This document shows positions 49,078-59,042 of a stretch of DNA of 64,000 nucleotides, in pieces; position 1 is the stretch's first letter, and the number at the start of each line of letters is the position of its first letter. The stretch is from a virus. The DNA lies in IMG/VR virus record IMGVR_UViG_3300046169_000069, one strand, 5' to 3'. The notes beneath the pieces were generated by a model. It searched no databases and was not told the origin of the DNA. It was given only the letters and a program-made list of their open reading frames with translations. A program made the translations under genes and the position numbers.

Positions 49078-50379
49078 TTACCCTGTGATAAAGTACAGTG
49101 TATCTGGATCTGGTGTCAATGCAGAATATTGGCTTTGGGTACCCGTCCATAGTTTAACAGGATTCCCCGAACTGTTTTGATTGTCTAACACTCCACTTGA
49201 TGCAGCCAGTTCTGAAAGTATGGTTGTCTCTTGAGCTGTCGCACGATTAACCTCTGACGTGATTTGTGTCTGTAGATCGCTAACAACAGTATCGTGTCCA
49301 TCTATGCGAGAAACCGACGCATCTAACTCTCCGTGAAGTTCATTAACAGCATCAACATTGTTCTGTGCAGTGGTGTTAAAAGAACCTGTACCAACCTTGG
49401 ATTGGTTTTGGGTTACGGCAGTCTCTAGGTCTGTAGTGCGAACTTCTACCGCAACGATATCAGTCTCTGCAGTCGTCAACCGGCCGGAGTTGTTAGTGAT
49501 GACCTGTTGTAGATCACTGTCAGCATTTTCAAATGCGGAAACTATTTCCTGAATCGTATCCAAAGTCTCTGGAGATGATCCAATGATTGTATCAACTCGA
49601 CCTGTTACGACATCAACGTCAGTACGTAGACCAGCCTCGATACCTTCTGCACGATTCTTTTCAGTAACAACAGCAGCGGCGTTAACACCTTCTGCGGCAG
49701 TTGCACGAGAGATCTCTGCACTCAACTGTGACTGTAAATCACTTACGTCGTTGTTCACTAAGTTCTGTAGAGCAAGGATGTCCGAATCCGCATCAAAAAT
49801 ATCAAATGCGTTTTGATCTATATCTGTACGTAGACCCGCCTCGATAGCCGTTGCACGAGTGTTTTCTGCGACGATTGCGTCTGCGTTAATGCCTTCATTA
49901 GTGGTTGCACGAAAAATCTCTGCGTCTAACTGAGACTGTAGGTCACTTACATCTGTACCCACGGAGTTCTGTAGAGAGAGAATGTCCGAGTCGTTTGCGG
50001 TGACTTGTGATTGTACACTATCTACATCCGTACGTAACCCAGACTCTATCGCCGTGGCGCGAGCAATCTCTGCATCTATGTTACTCTGCAGAACAGTATC
50101 TGCAGCATCACGATCGGATGTTTCGGTCGCGAGAATGCCATCAGCATAAGTCTTGGCCGCCAACTCTGCAGCGTCTGCCTTAGTGGTTGCGTCTGCACTC
50201 GCATCTGCAAGCACCGCATCATCAGCTGTAGAGAACTCATTACGAATTGCAGCATCTACGGTTTCAAAATTAGAGTTAATTTTGTCAAATGCCGGTAGCA
50301 TGGGTTCAATCACGGTACCGTCAATCTGTACTACATTTAATCCATCATCGGAATCTAGTTGTTGTATATTGTCTGTCAT
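49078..50379 (-). CDS. Coiled-coil fibre-like protein
   Basis: KINSNF N-terminal motif, heptads, SPETLDT motif, C-terminal LWTGTQSQY.AL..DPDTLYFI. Confidence 0.7.
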   Translation of the reverse strand: MTDNIQQLDSDDGLNVVQIDGTVIEPMLPAFDKINSNFETVDAAIRNEFSTADDAVLADASADATTKADAAELAAKTYADGILATETSDRDAADTVLQSNIDAEIARATAIESGLRTDVDSVQSQVTANDSDILSLQNSVGTDVSDLQSQLDAEIFRATTNEGINADAIVAENTRATAIEAGLRTDIDQNAFDIFDADSDILALQNLVNNDVSDLQSQLSAEISRATAAEGVNAAAVVTEKNRAEGIEAGLRTDVDVVTGRVDTIIGSSPETLDTIQEIVSAFENADSDLQQVITNNSGRLTTAETDIVAVEVRTTDLETAVTQNQSKVGTGSFNTTAQNNVDAVNELHGELDASVSRIDGHDTVVSDLQTQITSEVNRATAQETTILSELAASSGVLDNQNSSGNPVKLWTGTQSQYSALTPDPDTLYFITG

Positions 50380-50386
50380 AATCTAC

Positions 50387-51076
50387 CTATGAATTAAGTT
50401 TAATCGTGTCGCCTCTAACGGTTACACTGGGAGCGGATAAGTCAATAGAAACTGCAGATGTGACCTTAACATCTTCTTTTACAGCGATCAGCGCATTACC
50501 AGTGACGTTGATCTTAACGTTACCAGTCACATTCACTTCGTCATGACCAACGACTACAGTGAACTTGTCGCCCGAAACAATGAGGCGCTCATCTTTTACT
50601 ACTAAAGTTGTTCTATCACCTTCTTCAAATATTTCGTAGTTAGTGCCCGACCTATGTTGTTCGCGGATACGTTCTTTACCTTCGGTGTCGTCATACTCTT
50701 TGAAGTGGCCACGTTCAGTCTCATACACTTTATTGAGGGGATAATTCTCTTTCGCCTTCTCGTTTGTGTCACCTTCTTTTGGTACCGTACCAATCACCAT
50801 CGGTAACTGAGAGTTCTGTCCATCCAAGAAGATACCGAAAACCTGAGTACCCACTAACATGCCTAGGTTCTGTCCTTTACCTTCGTGGATACCTGTAGTA
50901 ACGGGCACAACTATCTGGGCCCAAGGTAGGTCTTCGTCTTTGATATTGTCATACACGCCAAACGCACGTACCTGTGCGCGACCCAACTGCAAAGGATCGT
51001 CAGCTACGTTAATGACCTCTCCAATAAACCAGCGGGTCTGGTCACCATAATAATCTATAAAGGTCTGAGGTATCAT
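50387..51076 (-). CDS. gp5: Baseplate hub/spike gp5 (OB fold plus short beta-helix, no lysozyme domain)
   Basis: WFIGEV..DPLQLGR.QVR.FG..DLPWA..VFGIFLDG...QLPMVIG; YPLNKVYETERGH..EYDDT.G.ERI...HRSG. Confidence 0.85.
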   Translation of the reverse strand: MIPQTFIDYYGDQTRWFIGEVINVADDPLQLGRAQVRAFGVYDNIKDEDLPWAQIVVPVTTGIHEGKGQNLGMLVGTQVFGIFLDGQNSQLPMVIGTVPKEGDTNEKAKENYPLNKVYETERGHFKEYDDTEGKERIREQHRSGTNYEIFEEGDRTTLVVKDERLIVSGDKFTVVVGHDEVNVTGNVKINVTGNALIAVKEDVKVTSAVSIDLSAPSVTVRGDTIKLNS

Positions 51077-52416
51077 GTGATATCACCATTTGATAATTTA
51101 ACACCAGAGAATGTTAGTGTATATGTACGTGGGGTAAATGAATGTTTACAGGCGAATATAAGATAGTCGCCAGATTTCTTTTTATCAAATAGGTCTGTAG
51201 GATCTCCGACCTTAGTGTTGCGGAGAAAACGTACTCTCAATTTATTACCAACGGTAGTATTTTCTTCACCATTAAAAAAGTCTAAACCATTTACTATAAA
51301 ACTCATTGGGTCGCTGACCAGTAGTTGTGACAAAGATCGGTTCACTTCATTGAGCCGATATTGTGCGACCTCATCTTTTTCCGACAAAGATTTCTTGCCG
51401 TCAAAGGCTTGGGAACTGCCTATCCGCGTAATCTTTCTGGAGTTAATTTCAGTCTTACTGGACCACTCATATCTGGTCTTGTCATAAAGAGGCCGATGCG
51501 TTGTCTCCCAGAGTTTTTTGAAAGACGCCAACTTATCCAAAGCTTCTTTATTGATATCAAATCTAAAGGTATTGTCTTTCTTTTTCTCTTTCTTAGTTAA
51601 ATTCAAATAAGTATAATCAGATCCTATTAATCCTCTATCAATTAACTTATAAACGTCGTATGTGTCTTTTGCCTGATACGCCATAATCACTCGGCGTTTG
51701 GATTTATCTGCAGGCATACTCATTTGAGATTCATAGTGCGTGTATTCTTCGCCTTCGCCATTGTTCATTACGTCATCTTTTAACATTTTCGACATATCAT
51801 AAAAGTGTAGGTTTCCCCCCACGAGTGTCGAATAGAGGTAGTATGGATATCCATCAACTGTAGTGACTCGGTTTTTTATCCAACACATAGCATCTATTGG
51901 TGTTAGGTTAGGTATAATAACTTTCATCACTTGATTATCCGCCTCACCCAAACCTAAATTTACATCACGCCCCAAGAAATCTTCCGCAATTTTTTTTATG
52001 ATGTCTGGCGAACTACCAGTATATGATTGATTAATGTTCGTTAGATTGGAAAGGAACGCAATATCTTCTATCAAGTGCATTGCAAAGAATTCTTCGTTGT
52101 CACTCACCTTATTTGATGAGAGTATCTTATCAATAAAAAAATGTTTATTAACAGGAACAGAGCCTTCCAAATTCGATTTCAAAGTTATCGATACTCTTTC
52201 CCCTCCACTTATATTAAGAACACCAACAACGTCTTCAATATCAACAAACCCAAGAACCGCAGTTACATATGGTTTGTCCAAATGTTCAAACACATCTAGA
52301 TCAGATACGAGAGTGGAAATATCAAGCGGCTCTTGGAGGAATTCGGTGTGAATAAGTACGGTCTGGATTGATACAGCATCAACGAATTCCGGTGCTGATG
52401 GTTTTAAATCGCTCAT
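51073..52416 (-). CDS. Baseplate hub protein, gp27-like by position and motifs
   Basis: Between gp53 and gp5; VFEHLDKPYVTA, IPNLTP, DKKKSGDYLI...KH.F. Confidence 0.55.
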   Translation of the reverse strand: MSDLKPSAPEFVDAVSIQTVLIHTEFLQEPLDISTLVSDLDVFEHLDKPYVTAVLGFVDIEDVVGVLNISGGERVSITLKSNLEGSVPVNKHFFIDKILSSNKVSDNEEFFAMHLIEDIAFLSNLTNINQSYTGSSPDIIKKIAEDFLGRDVNLGLGEADNQVMKVIIPNLTPIDAMCWIKNRVTTVDGYPYYLYSTLVGGNLHFYDMSKMLKDDVMNNGEGEEYTHYESQMSMPADKSKRRVIMAYQAKDTYDVYKLIDRGLIGSDYTYLNLTKKEKKKDNTFRFDINKEALDKLASFKKLWETTHRPLYDKTRYEWSSKTEINSRKITRIGSSQAFDGKKSLSEKDEVAQYRLNEVNRSLSQLLVSDPMSFIVNGLDFFNGEENTTVGNKLRVRFLRNTKVGDPTDLFDKKKSGDYLIFACKHSFTPRTYTLTFSGVKLSNGDIT

Positions 52417-53148
52417 TGTTGACTAATCGCTTGTCTAAACATTTGAACCACTCTGTTGACGGACTGGGGTTTTAGTACAATAATACTACGCAAGCTTGTC
52501 ATTTTCTTGCACATAGAACTCTAGATTAGTAACCTCCACGTATGGTTCGGTTGACAGGTCTAGTCTATTCGTATAGATTTCTCCGTCCTGTAAATAGTGG
52601 TGTGCAGACAGATATTGGAGTTCTACAGAAACCAATTGAAGTTGTTCTGAGCTGTCCTGTGCTGTTATTATATCTGTAGTATTGAACGAGGAAGTACCAG
52701 TTGTTTCAATAACTAGTTGACCTAGATCTAGGTTTCTTGATATAATAGTTCCTGTAGCGTAAGACGGGTCACCATTGGACGCATTGTTCGCTTGTACTGT
52801 AGAACCCACCGCAAAGTCATCTACTATCAAATCGTCCACTGACAGTGTTACATATGGCAAATCTCGTTTTGCCTTTTCAACTATCTCCGTATGATCTAAA
52901 GGCCATCCCTGTTCTCTCAGATGGTTGTTCATCAAGTATAGTGTCCAGTGTAACTGTGGATTCTCATATAAAATGAACGCTACATTATCAGGCCTTTCTC
53001 CGTTACGGATATAATAGTTTTTATAAAACGAACTATTTATTTTAACCTCATCTAAAATCTCAGCATACGATGAAAGATTTTGCATAACACCTTTTTCACC
53101 ATTATCAAAGGTGTAAAGGGTTGATGTAAATTTATTAAAATATGACAT
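52413..53148 (-). CDS. gp53: Baseplate wedge subunit gp53, apparent frameshift near the 3' end
   Basis: MSYFNKF, YYIRNGERPDNVA..LY....LHW..LMN..WPL. Removing one base at AAGCTT ~52493 restores ENDKLRSIIVLKP..; the new stop overlaps the next ATG. Confidence 0.85.
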
Positions 53149-54335
53149 TAGAATCCTTCCACAATATCTTTACGAGATAGTGTCTTCTCTTCTACAAAGT
53201 TCAGAGCTAAATCAATCTCTACAGGGCTTCCGTCTTTATGAAAGGCCATAGAAGAAGGGTTATAATTTGTTGCAATAGACTTTAAAAAACACTCTTTCAT
53301 TTTTGTACCTATTATTTTGGATGATGGTTCATGTGACACGTGAATTTCAAACATATCTGGGTACTTGTATCCAGCACTAATGCCTCCGGCCTCAATTGAT
53401 TCTGGATATGCATATGTTCTGAAACTTTTGATAATTTGTTCTACCATATCAGCTTCAGCTTTAGACCTAGCGATGAACTTAAACGAGAATGAGAATTCTC
53501 GCAAAGCAACTCCACGAAAGGCACTTCTTACATTGGGGTTGACAGTAACAGCTCCAGAGATCTGTGCAGCTGCACCCAACTCAGCCCCTACGACCGGAAC
53601 CTTACCTGCGAGTTGTGAAGAGGCCAATCTAGCAGCGTCTCCAGCTAAATTTCCACCGACAAGATCTATAATACTACTTGCAGCACGCTTTATACCAGAC
53701 CCCGCAGCGGCAAGAACACCTTTACCCTGTGAAGCTGTAGCAGCAGCTGCCGCAGCACCGATCTGTCCAAGTTCAGGAGTTGCTATATTAAAACCATCAT
53801 TCTGTTGTAGTGCAACGGGCAAATATAATTTTATATTAACTCCTCTGTACTCTGTTTTTCTAGGAGTGTATACGTCTTCAGGTTTATCTTTATTTTTGTT
53901 TGCCTCATAAGCCGTTGCTTTTGTTTCAGCTTCTTCTACGGCCTGTTCTTGCGACTTACCTTCGTTTTTTTCAGGATTGTAATCTTTGGAGTTTGCTTCT
54001 TGCAGTTCTTCAGTAATTTGACCGCGTTCTCCATCTTTTTTTACGAGACCTTCTACTACGCTAACAGCATCTAGCGAAGCACCACGAACAGACTTAACTT
54101 TGAATATGATGCTCGCACCATACCTATCTTTTTCGGACATAGGAAAATGAGAAGTTATGGTCACACCATCTTTATTAGCAGGAGGCACTATAGTTTCTTC
54201 TTCTACTTCTTCTGTAGATTCTTCTTTAACGCCACCAACCCCACCCAGTGCTCGACCTATCTCCTCTTGAGAAACTGTATCTCCAACACCCTTATCTTGA
54301 TCGATGAATGAATCTGATTCTGCCATGATGTGCAA
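53148..54335 (-). CDS. gp48: Baseplate tail-tube cap gp48-like
   Basis: IKLYLP, VNPN...FRGV.LREFSFSFKF..RS..EA..V..II..FR..YP, CFLKSI.TNY.P, IDL.L.F.E. Confidence 0.8.
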   Translation of the reverse strand: MHIMAESDSFIDQDKGVGDTVSQEEIGRALGGVGGVKEESTEEVEEETIVPPANKDGVTITSHFPMSEKDRYGASIIFKVKSVRGASLDAVSVVEGLVKKDGERGQITEELQEANSKDYNPEKNEGKSQEQAVEEAETKATAYEANKNKDKPEDVYTPRKTEYRGVNIKLYLPVALQQNDGFNIATPELGQIGAAAAAATASQGKGVLAAAGSGIKRAASSIIDLVGGNLAGDAARLASSQLAGKVPVVGAELGAAAQISGAVTVNPNVRSAFRGVALREFSFSFKFIARSKAEADMVEQIIKSFRTYAYPESIEAGGISAGYKYPDMFEIHVSHEPSSKIIGTKMKECFLKSIATNYNPSSMAFHKDGSPVEIDLALNFVEEKTLSRKDIVEGF

Positions 54336-54343
54336 CCTATGTC

Positions 54344-54351
54344 TATAAATA
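54344..54351 (+). promoter_or_regulatory. T4-type late promoter TATAAATA for gp4
   Basis: tataaata, 30 nt upstream of 54381. Confidence 0.8.
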
Positions 54352-54360
54352 TGATTTAAC

Positions 54361-54368
54361 TATTTATA
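54361..54368 (-). promoter_or_regulatory. T4-type late promoter TATAAATA for the gp48 operon
   Basis: tatttata, facing the gp4 promoter. Confidence 0.8.
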
Positions 54369-54380
54369 CACGATTTTCAA

Positions 54381-54890
54381 ATGAAGACCTACAAAGGAAG
54401 ATACAAACCAAAGAACGCATCCAAGTACGTGGGTGACGCGAACAATGTCGTGTATCGTTCTATGTGGGAACGACACGTCATGAAATGGTGTGATGATAGT
54501 TCTGACGTTGAACAGTGGATGTCCGAAGAGTTGGTCATCCCCTACATCTGCGAGACCGACAATAAGCCTCACCGATATTATATGGACTTCGTCATTCAGT
54601 ACAAGTCTGGTCGTGTTGTACTAGTCGAGGTTAAACCCCACAAACAAACAATGCGTCCCGAACGTAAGCAAGGGAAATCCAGAAACACCTTACTAAACGA
54701 GGGGATGACTTACATAAAGAACCAATCCAAGTGGAAGGCCGCAAAGCAATATGCAGACGACCGTGGGTACCACTTTGAGATTTGGACAGAGAATGAACTC
54801 ACCGCTATGGGTATTATGCCTAAGCCATTACGATCCAAGAAACCAATCAAGAAATTGCCTCCGTTCAGAAAAAAGAAAAAACGCGTATAA
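54381..54890 (+). CDS. gp4: Head completion protein gp4 (TnsA-like nuclease fold)
   Basis: YKGRYKPKN..KY.GD...VVYRSMWE...MKWCD..W.SEE..IPY..HRYYMDF..EVKP..NQSKW.AA. Confidence 0.9.
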   Translation: MKTYKGRYKPKNASKYVGDANNVVYRSMWERHVMKWCDDSSDVEQWMSEELVIPYICETDNKPHRYYMDFVIQYKSGRVVLVEVKPHKQTMRPERKQGKSRNTLLNEGMTYIKNQSKWKAAKQYADDRGYHFEIWTENELTAMGIMPKPLRSKKPIKKLPPFRKKKKRV

Positions 54891-54893
54891 ATA
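54886..54893 (+). promoter_or_regulatory. T4-type late promoter TATAAATA
   Basis: Overlaps the gp4 stop, upstream of gp2. Confidence 0.8.
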
Positions 54894-54920
54894 CAGTTAA
54901 GAATTTTTACGGAAGCGCAC

Positions 54921-55511
54921 ATGTCTAACATATTTCAGAACCTAGAACTGCAGGCGTTTCGTGCTGGGATCACTCCGCGTACCAAGGAGTCCCGTGAGTG
55001 GTTCAGAAAGAAGATCAAAAGTCTTAAAAGTATTAATCGTGAATCCTTGATGAAAGAGGACCCGCTGAAGCAAACAGGCAGAGAGATCATAGGTAGCATG
55101 TATATGTTCTTCTACGACCCGAAGCACAAAGAGACTTTGCCGTTCTACGACACGTTTCCATTAGTTGTCGTTGTTGGTCCAGCTGAAGGTGGGTTCTATG
55201 GTTTGAACCTACACTACCTTCCACCCATCTTACGTGCGAAGATGTTGGATGCGTTGATGGACATCACAACAAATAATAAGTTTAACGACTCAACGCGATT
55301 CAAGATGTCGTATGAACTGTTGGCGAAGACGGCAAAATTAAAGTATTTCAAACCGTGTTTCAAACACTACTTGAACGAACATGTACAGAGTAAGTTCGCG
55401 ATGGTACCCGCACCAGAGTGGGAGATCGCAACATTCTTACCGACAGCTAAGTTCGAGAAGGCAAGTATCAACGCAGTCTATAAAGACTCCAGACAGAAGA
55501 TAACAGACTAA
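54921..55511 (+). CDS. gp2: DNA end protector protein gp2
   Basis: GSMYMFFYDPKHKETLPFYDTFPLV..GFYGLNLHYLPP..R..KPCFKHYL..W..A.FLP..F. Confidence 0.9.
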   Translation: MSNIFQNLELQAFRAGITPRTKESREWFRKKIKSLKSINRESLMKEDPLKQTGREIIGSMYMFFYDPKHKETLPFYDTFPLVVVVGPAEGGFYGLNLHYLPPILRAKMLDALMDITTNNKFNDSTRFKMSYELLAKTAKLKYFKPCFKHYLNEHVQSKFAMVPAPEWEIATFLPTAKFEKASINAVYKDSRQKITD

Positions 55512-56134
55512 TGGCAGGCATAGAAGAATTAAAAAGTAAACTGATCTCCAAAGGTGGTCTGGCTATGAACAACCAGTTTCTGGTTGAACTTCCATCAATG
55601 GGCGGAACAAAAGGTCGTACGTTGAATGTACTGTGTAAAGAGGTGTCCTTGCCGGGAAAGCAGATTCTAACATTAGATCAAACACTAGGAATGTATCAAG
55701 AAAAAATCGCTAATGGATTTGCGGCAGAAGATGTCTCTATGACATTTTATGTACCTAATGATTACTCTACTAAGAAATATTTTGACACGTGGCGATCTAA
55801 AATTTTATATAAAGATAATGGCGCTCTGGTAGTAGGATATAAAAAAGATTATGTACACGATATTACCATTAGACAATTGAAAAAACCAGTGGCGCGTTTT
55901 GGGTTTGATCTTGGCCCGTTAGACATCAACTTCGATGTTTTAGGAAAATCTATATACAGTGTGAAATTACTAGAAGCCTTTCCTACAAGTCTTGCTTCTA
56001 TTCAACTATCAAGCGAGCAGGATCAGATAGTAGAGTTTACCGTTCAGTTCTCATATACAGATTGGGTAACTGTTGACAATGAAAAAGAAGGAATATCAGC
56101 AAAGATTGGTCTTAATCTAGGCAAATACATTTAA
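55511..56134 (+). CDS. Tail-tube-fold baseplate protein (gp54/gp19-like)
   Basis: GGLA..NQFLV, LCKEVSLPG, V.MTF..FDTW, L.EAFPTS...L...FTVQFSY. Confidence 0.7.
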   Translation: MAGIEELKSKLISKGGLAMNNQFLVELPSMGGTKGRTLNVLCKEVSLPGKQILTLDQTLGMYQEKIANGFAAEDVSMTFYVPNDYSTKKYFDTWRSKILYKDNGALVVGYKKDYVHDITIRQLKKPVARFGFDLGPLDINFDVLGKSIYSVKLLEAFPTSLASIQLSSEQDQIVEFTVQFSYTDWVTVDNEKEGISAKIGLNLGKYI

Positions 56135-56149
56135 ATTATAGGATACATT

Positions 56150-56858
56150 ATGGCATTACCAAAACTTAACTCGTTACCTGTGTATGAGATGACCGTTCCG
56201 TCTACTGGACAGAATGTGACATACCGACCCTTTCTAGTTAAAGAACAGAAAAATCTATTAATTGCATTTGAAGCTTCAAAACCGGCGCGATTTAGTTCGT
56301 GCGGTACAACGCACCATTGAGGCGTGTGTGGAAGATGATATTAACAGCAACCTCACGACGTTTGACGTTGACTACATGTTCACTAAGATTCGTTCTAAGT
56401 CGGTCGGTGAGACCGCTGACATTCTCGTACCGTGTTCAGAGTGTGAAACTAAAAACGATGTCAAGGTTGATCTAGATGACGTAGTTGTCGACTCTGAGAT
56501 TCCAGAGATGATGATTCAAATTACCGAAGATATATCTGTACAGATGAAGTTTCCGACATACGACGACTTCTTAGGGAACACAAATCTGCTAGACAGTACA
56601 ACGGTCACTGAAGCTTTATTACAGTTGATCATAACATGTATGGATTCTATATTGACCGAAGAAGAAAGATACTCTTTAGGCGATGAGTCGGTTGAAGATG
56701 TACTTAACTTTTTGGAATCAATGACCAGTGACCAGTTTGAAAAAGTCTCTCAGTTTGCGAACAACATTCCAAACTTAACAAAAACAATCTCATTCTCGTG
56801 CGAGTCTTGTGGCCACGAAAACGAAAAAACATTGAAAGGACTTGACGATTTTTTTTAA
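56150..56858 (+). CDS. gp26: Baseplate hub subunit gp26-like, one apparent frameshift
   Basis: MALPKL..YE.TVPSTG..V.YRPFLVKEQK joins 56262..56858 after removing one T at AAGCTT ~56276; FDVDYMF.KIRSKSVGE and two CxxC pairs. Confidence 0.8.
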
Positions 56859-57037
56859 TTAACCTCTCTCACGACAACCTGACCAACTACTATCAGGTTA
56901 ATTTTCAGTTGATGAACAATTTCAACTATTCGTTGGCAGAGGTGGAAACAATGCTCCCGTGGGAGAGAGAGATTTACTTAACACTATTAGTAGATGACAT
57001 AACAGAAAAAAATCAAAGGGCGAAACAAAAAGGATAA
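56849..57037 (+). CDS. gp51-like small baseplate hub assembly protein in the -1 frame of gp26
   Basis: Hand translation LINLSHDNLTNYYQVNFQLMNNFNYSLAEVETMLPWEREIYLTLL..; no ATG before the conserved part. Confidence 0.7.
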   Translation, partial: FFLINLSHDNLTNYYQVNFQLMNNFNYSLAEVETMLPWEREIYLTLLVDDITEKNQRAKQKG

Positions 57038-57040
57038 AAA

Positions 57041-58736
57041 ATGAGCCTTAGAGAGTTATCGGAAAAATTAGGGCAACAGACTGATCTCATGCAAGAGATC
57101 GGTTCGGATATTTACGACTACTTGAATAGTGTTATATCGAGTAATGATATTGCAAGTCTCCACTTAGAGGAACTCAACACCACTAATCAACAAATACTTA
57201 ATGCCATAGAAAGACAAAGTCAATCTACGGGCGATGATCTAGAGGAAAAACGAGATCAACAAGTATTCAATAAAACGATGGTCGATCTTTTGCGAGAGAT
57301 CTCGTCTAACACCAAAGGCGAATCGGGCGGTTCCGGTGGAAGTGGACCCAAGCAAGGAAAATTCGCTGGAGCCCTTGCGGGGGGTCTAGGTATCGCCGCA
57401 AAAGGAATGGGTTTAGCAGCAGGTCTAGGCGCATTGGGTTTTGGTATTGGCGCCTTCTTTACTGGATTGTCTCTTGGTGACAAAGCACAAGCCATGCTTG
57501 GTGTTGATATGTCAGCTACCAAGAAAAATATGATCACTCTTGGCGAGGCGTTCTCAGAAACACCGACAGACGGTCTTTTAAAAATGGGCGCAGCCATGGC
57601 AATCGGTGCAAAGTTCGGTAGTATCAAAGGTGCCCTTAAAATGGGATTCTTCGGTGCTGGCATAAGTGCCTTCTTTGGCGGTCTAGCGTTGGGAGATAAA
57701 GGCATGTCTGCAATGAGCGTAGATGGTTCTACGCTTTTTTTTAAATCTATGTTGGTTAATCTGGGCGAAGGATTAAACGCATTTAGTGGCACATCGTTAC
57801 TCGCGCTCGGTGGACTTCTGGCGTTCGGCACCGCATTTGGTTCAGCTGCAGTTGTGGGTCTTCCGTTGTTGGGAGCTGGATTGGCAGGATTCTTAACTGC
57901 TATATAGCAGGAGCGGCCGGACTGCTTGGTAAAGCAGGAATAGACGGAAGCAATCTTAAATCTATTTTAGTAAACGTCGCAGAAGGTCTCACTCCACTAG
58001 GACAGATAGACGGTACCAATCTTATTGCGGTTGGTGCAGCTCTATGGCCGCGGTTGGTGTCGGAATGGTCGCTCTTTTTTCAGGAAAGGGTATCGCTAGC
58101 GTTATGGACTTCATCGGGGGATTTTTTGGTGGAGACGATGAAGAAGATATGTTCACCAAACTTTATAATGGTCTTCAACCACTATCCACACTGAACGCAG
58201 ATAACCTAACAGGATTAGCTACAATCTCAGGCATTATCGGTGGTCTTGCAGGTTCACTCGAACGACTCTCAGATATCGATTATGGCGACGTAAAAAGTTC
58301 GGTAAAGGATTTGGGTAAGATTCTTGCATTTACTATTCCGATGTTAGATGCGGCAGGTAAAGGGACTGTTATTGGGGATGGGTTTTTTGATGGATATCCG
58401 GAACTGAATTTTGCGCCTGGACTTGATAATATCCCCCAGAGCACGTTTGATAAAATAAATTCCGTTGTGTCTGTGAAAGGACCATCACAACAATCTGCGC
58501 CTTTATCTGTAAATGATGCAACACAACAATCTGCAGCAACTTCTTCTAATAACATGTCTACCTTGATTCGTGAGAACAACGAGACTAAAAATAATTCTCC
58601 GGTTATCGTCATGGACAATAGTACGTCAAACAATGTTTCTGGCGGCGGTGGTGGCGGTGGTGGAGCATCTATCGTTGCCGGAACAATTTCTCCATTCGAT
58701 ACATACGATCCATATTTAGCGACACGCAAGGTGTAA
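57041..58736 (+). CDS. Tape-measure-like / gp29-like protein (~560 aa), two apparent frameshifts
   Basis: Coiled-coil N-terminus, long Gly/Ala-rich hydrophobic repeats, low-complexity tail. 57041..57907 and 58044..58736 join after removing 2 nt at ~57903 and 2 nt at ~58042. Confidence 0.55.
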
Positions 58737-58765
58737 AAAAGGGGACTTGATGTCCCCTTACTTTT
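58735..58765. terminator. Bidirectional intrinsic terminator between convergent genes
   Basis: aaaaaaggggac-ttgat-gtccccttactttt. Confidence 0.8.
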
Positions 58766-59039
58766 AGTTGGTAGAGTTTCTATCGAGTGACTCAATCAAG
58801 ATCATTTTTACGATCCTTGATTTGGTATAAGACTTCGGTACCATCAACCCCAATTCTTCGGCCATCACAACTAATTGTGCCCTAGTTAATGACATTAAAT
58901 CAGCCTGATCAGGTTGAGTAGGAGTGGTAGGAGAAGAGCCCCCACCCGTAGTCTTTTCCGGTTTGCGTGATACTGATCGGTAGATCAGACCAAGTGCGAC
59001 TAGTCCCGCTAGGACCAGAATAATCATATTGTTATCCAT
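58764..59039 (-). CDS. Small membrane-anchored protein with a C-terminal Rho-N/HeH-like helical motif
   Basis: N-terminal TM segment IILVLAGLVALGLIY; DLMSLTRAQL..MAEELGL.VP...TKSRIV. Confidence 0.55.
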   Translation of the reverse strand: MDNNMIILVLAGLVALGLIYRSVSRKPEKTTGGGSSPTTPTQPDQADLMSLTRAQLVVMAEELGLMVPKSYTKSRIVKMILIESLDRNSTN

Positions 59040-59042
59040 TTT

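Noticed and set aside
54381-54890. TnsA transposase or homing endonuclease
   Set aside because: Motifs and position next to gp2 and gp48 identify the core head-completion protein gp4.
22790-57907. Stop-codon reassignment (TAG at 22790, 52486, 57905)
   Set aside because: The downstream coding continues in a different frame, so these are indels rather than read-through.
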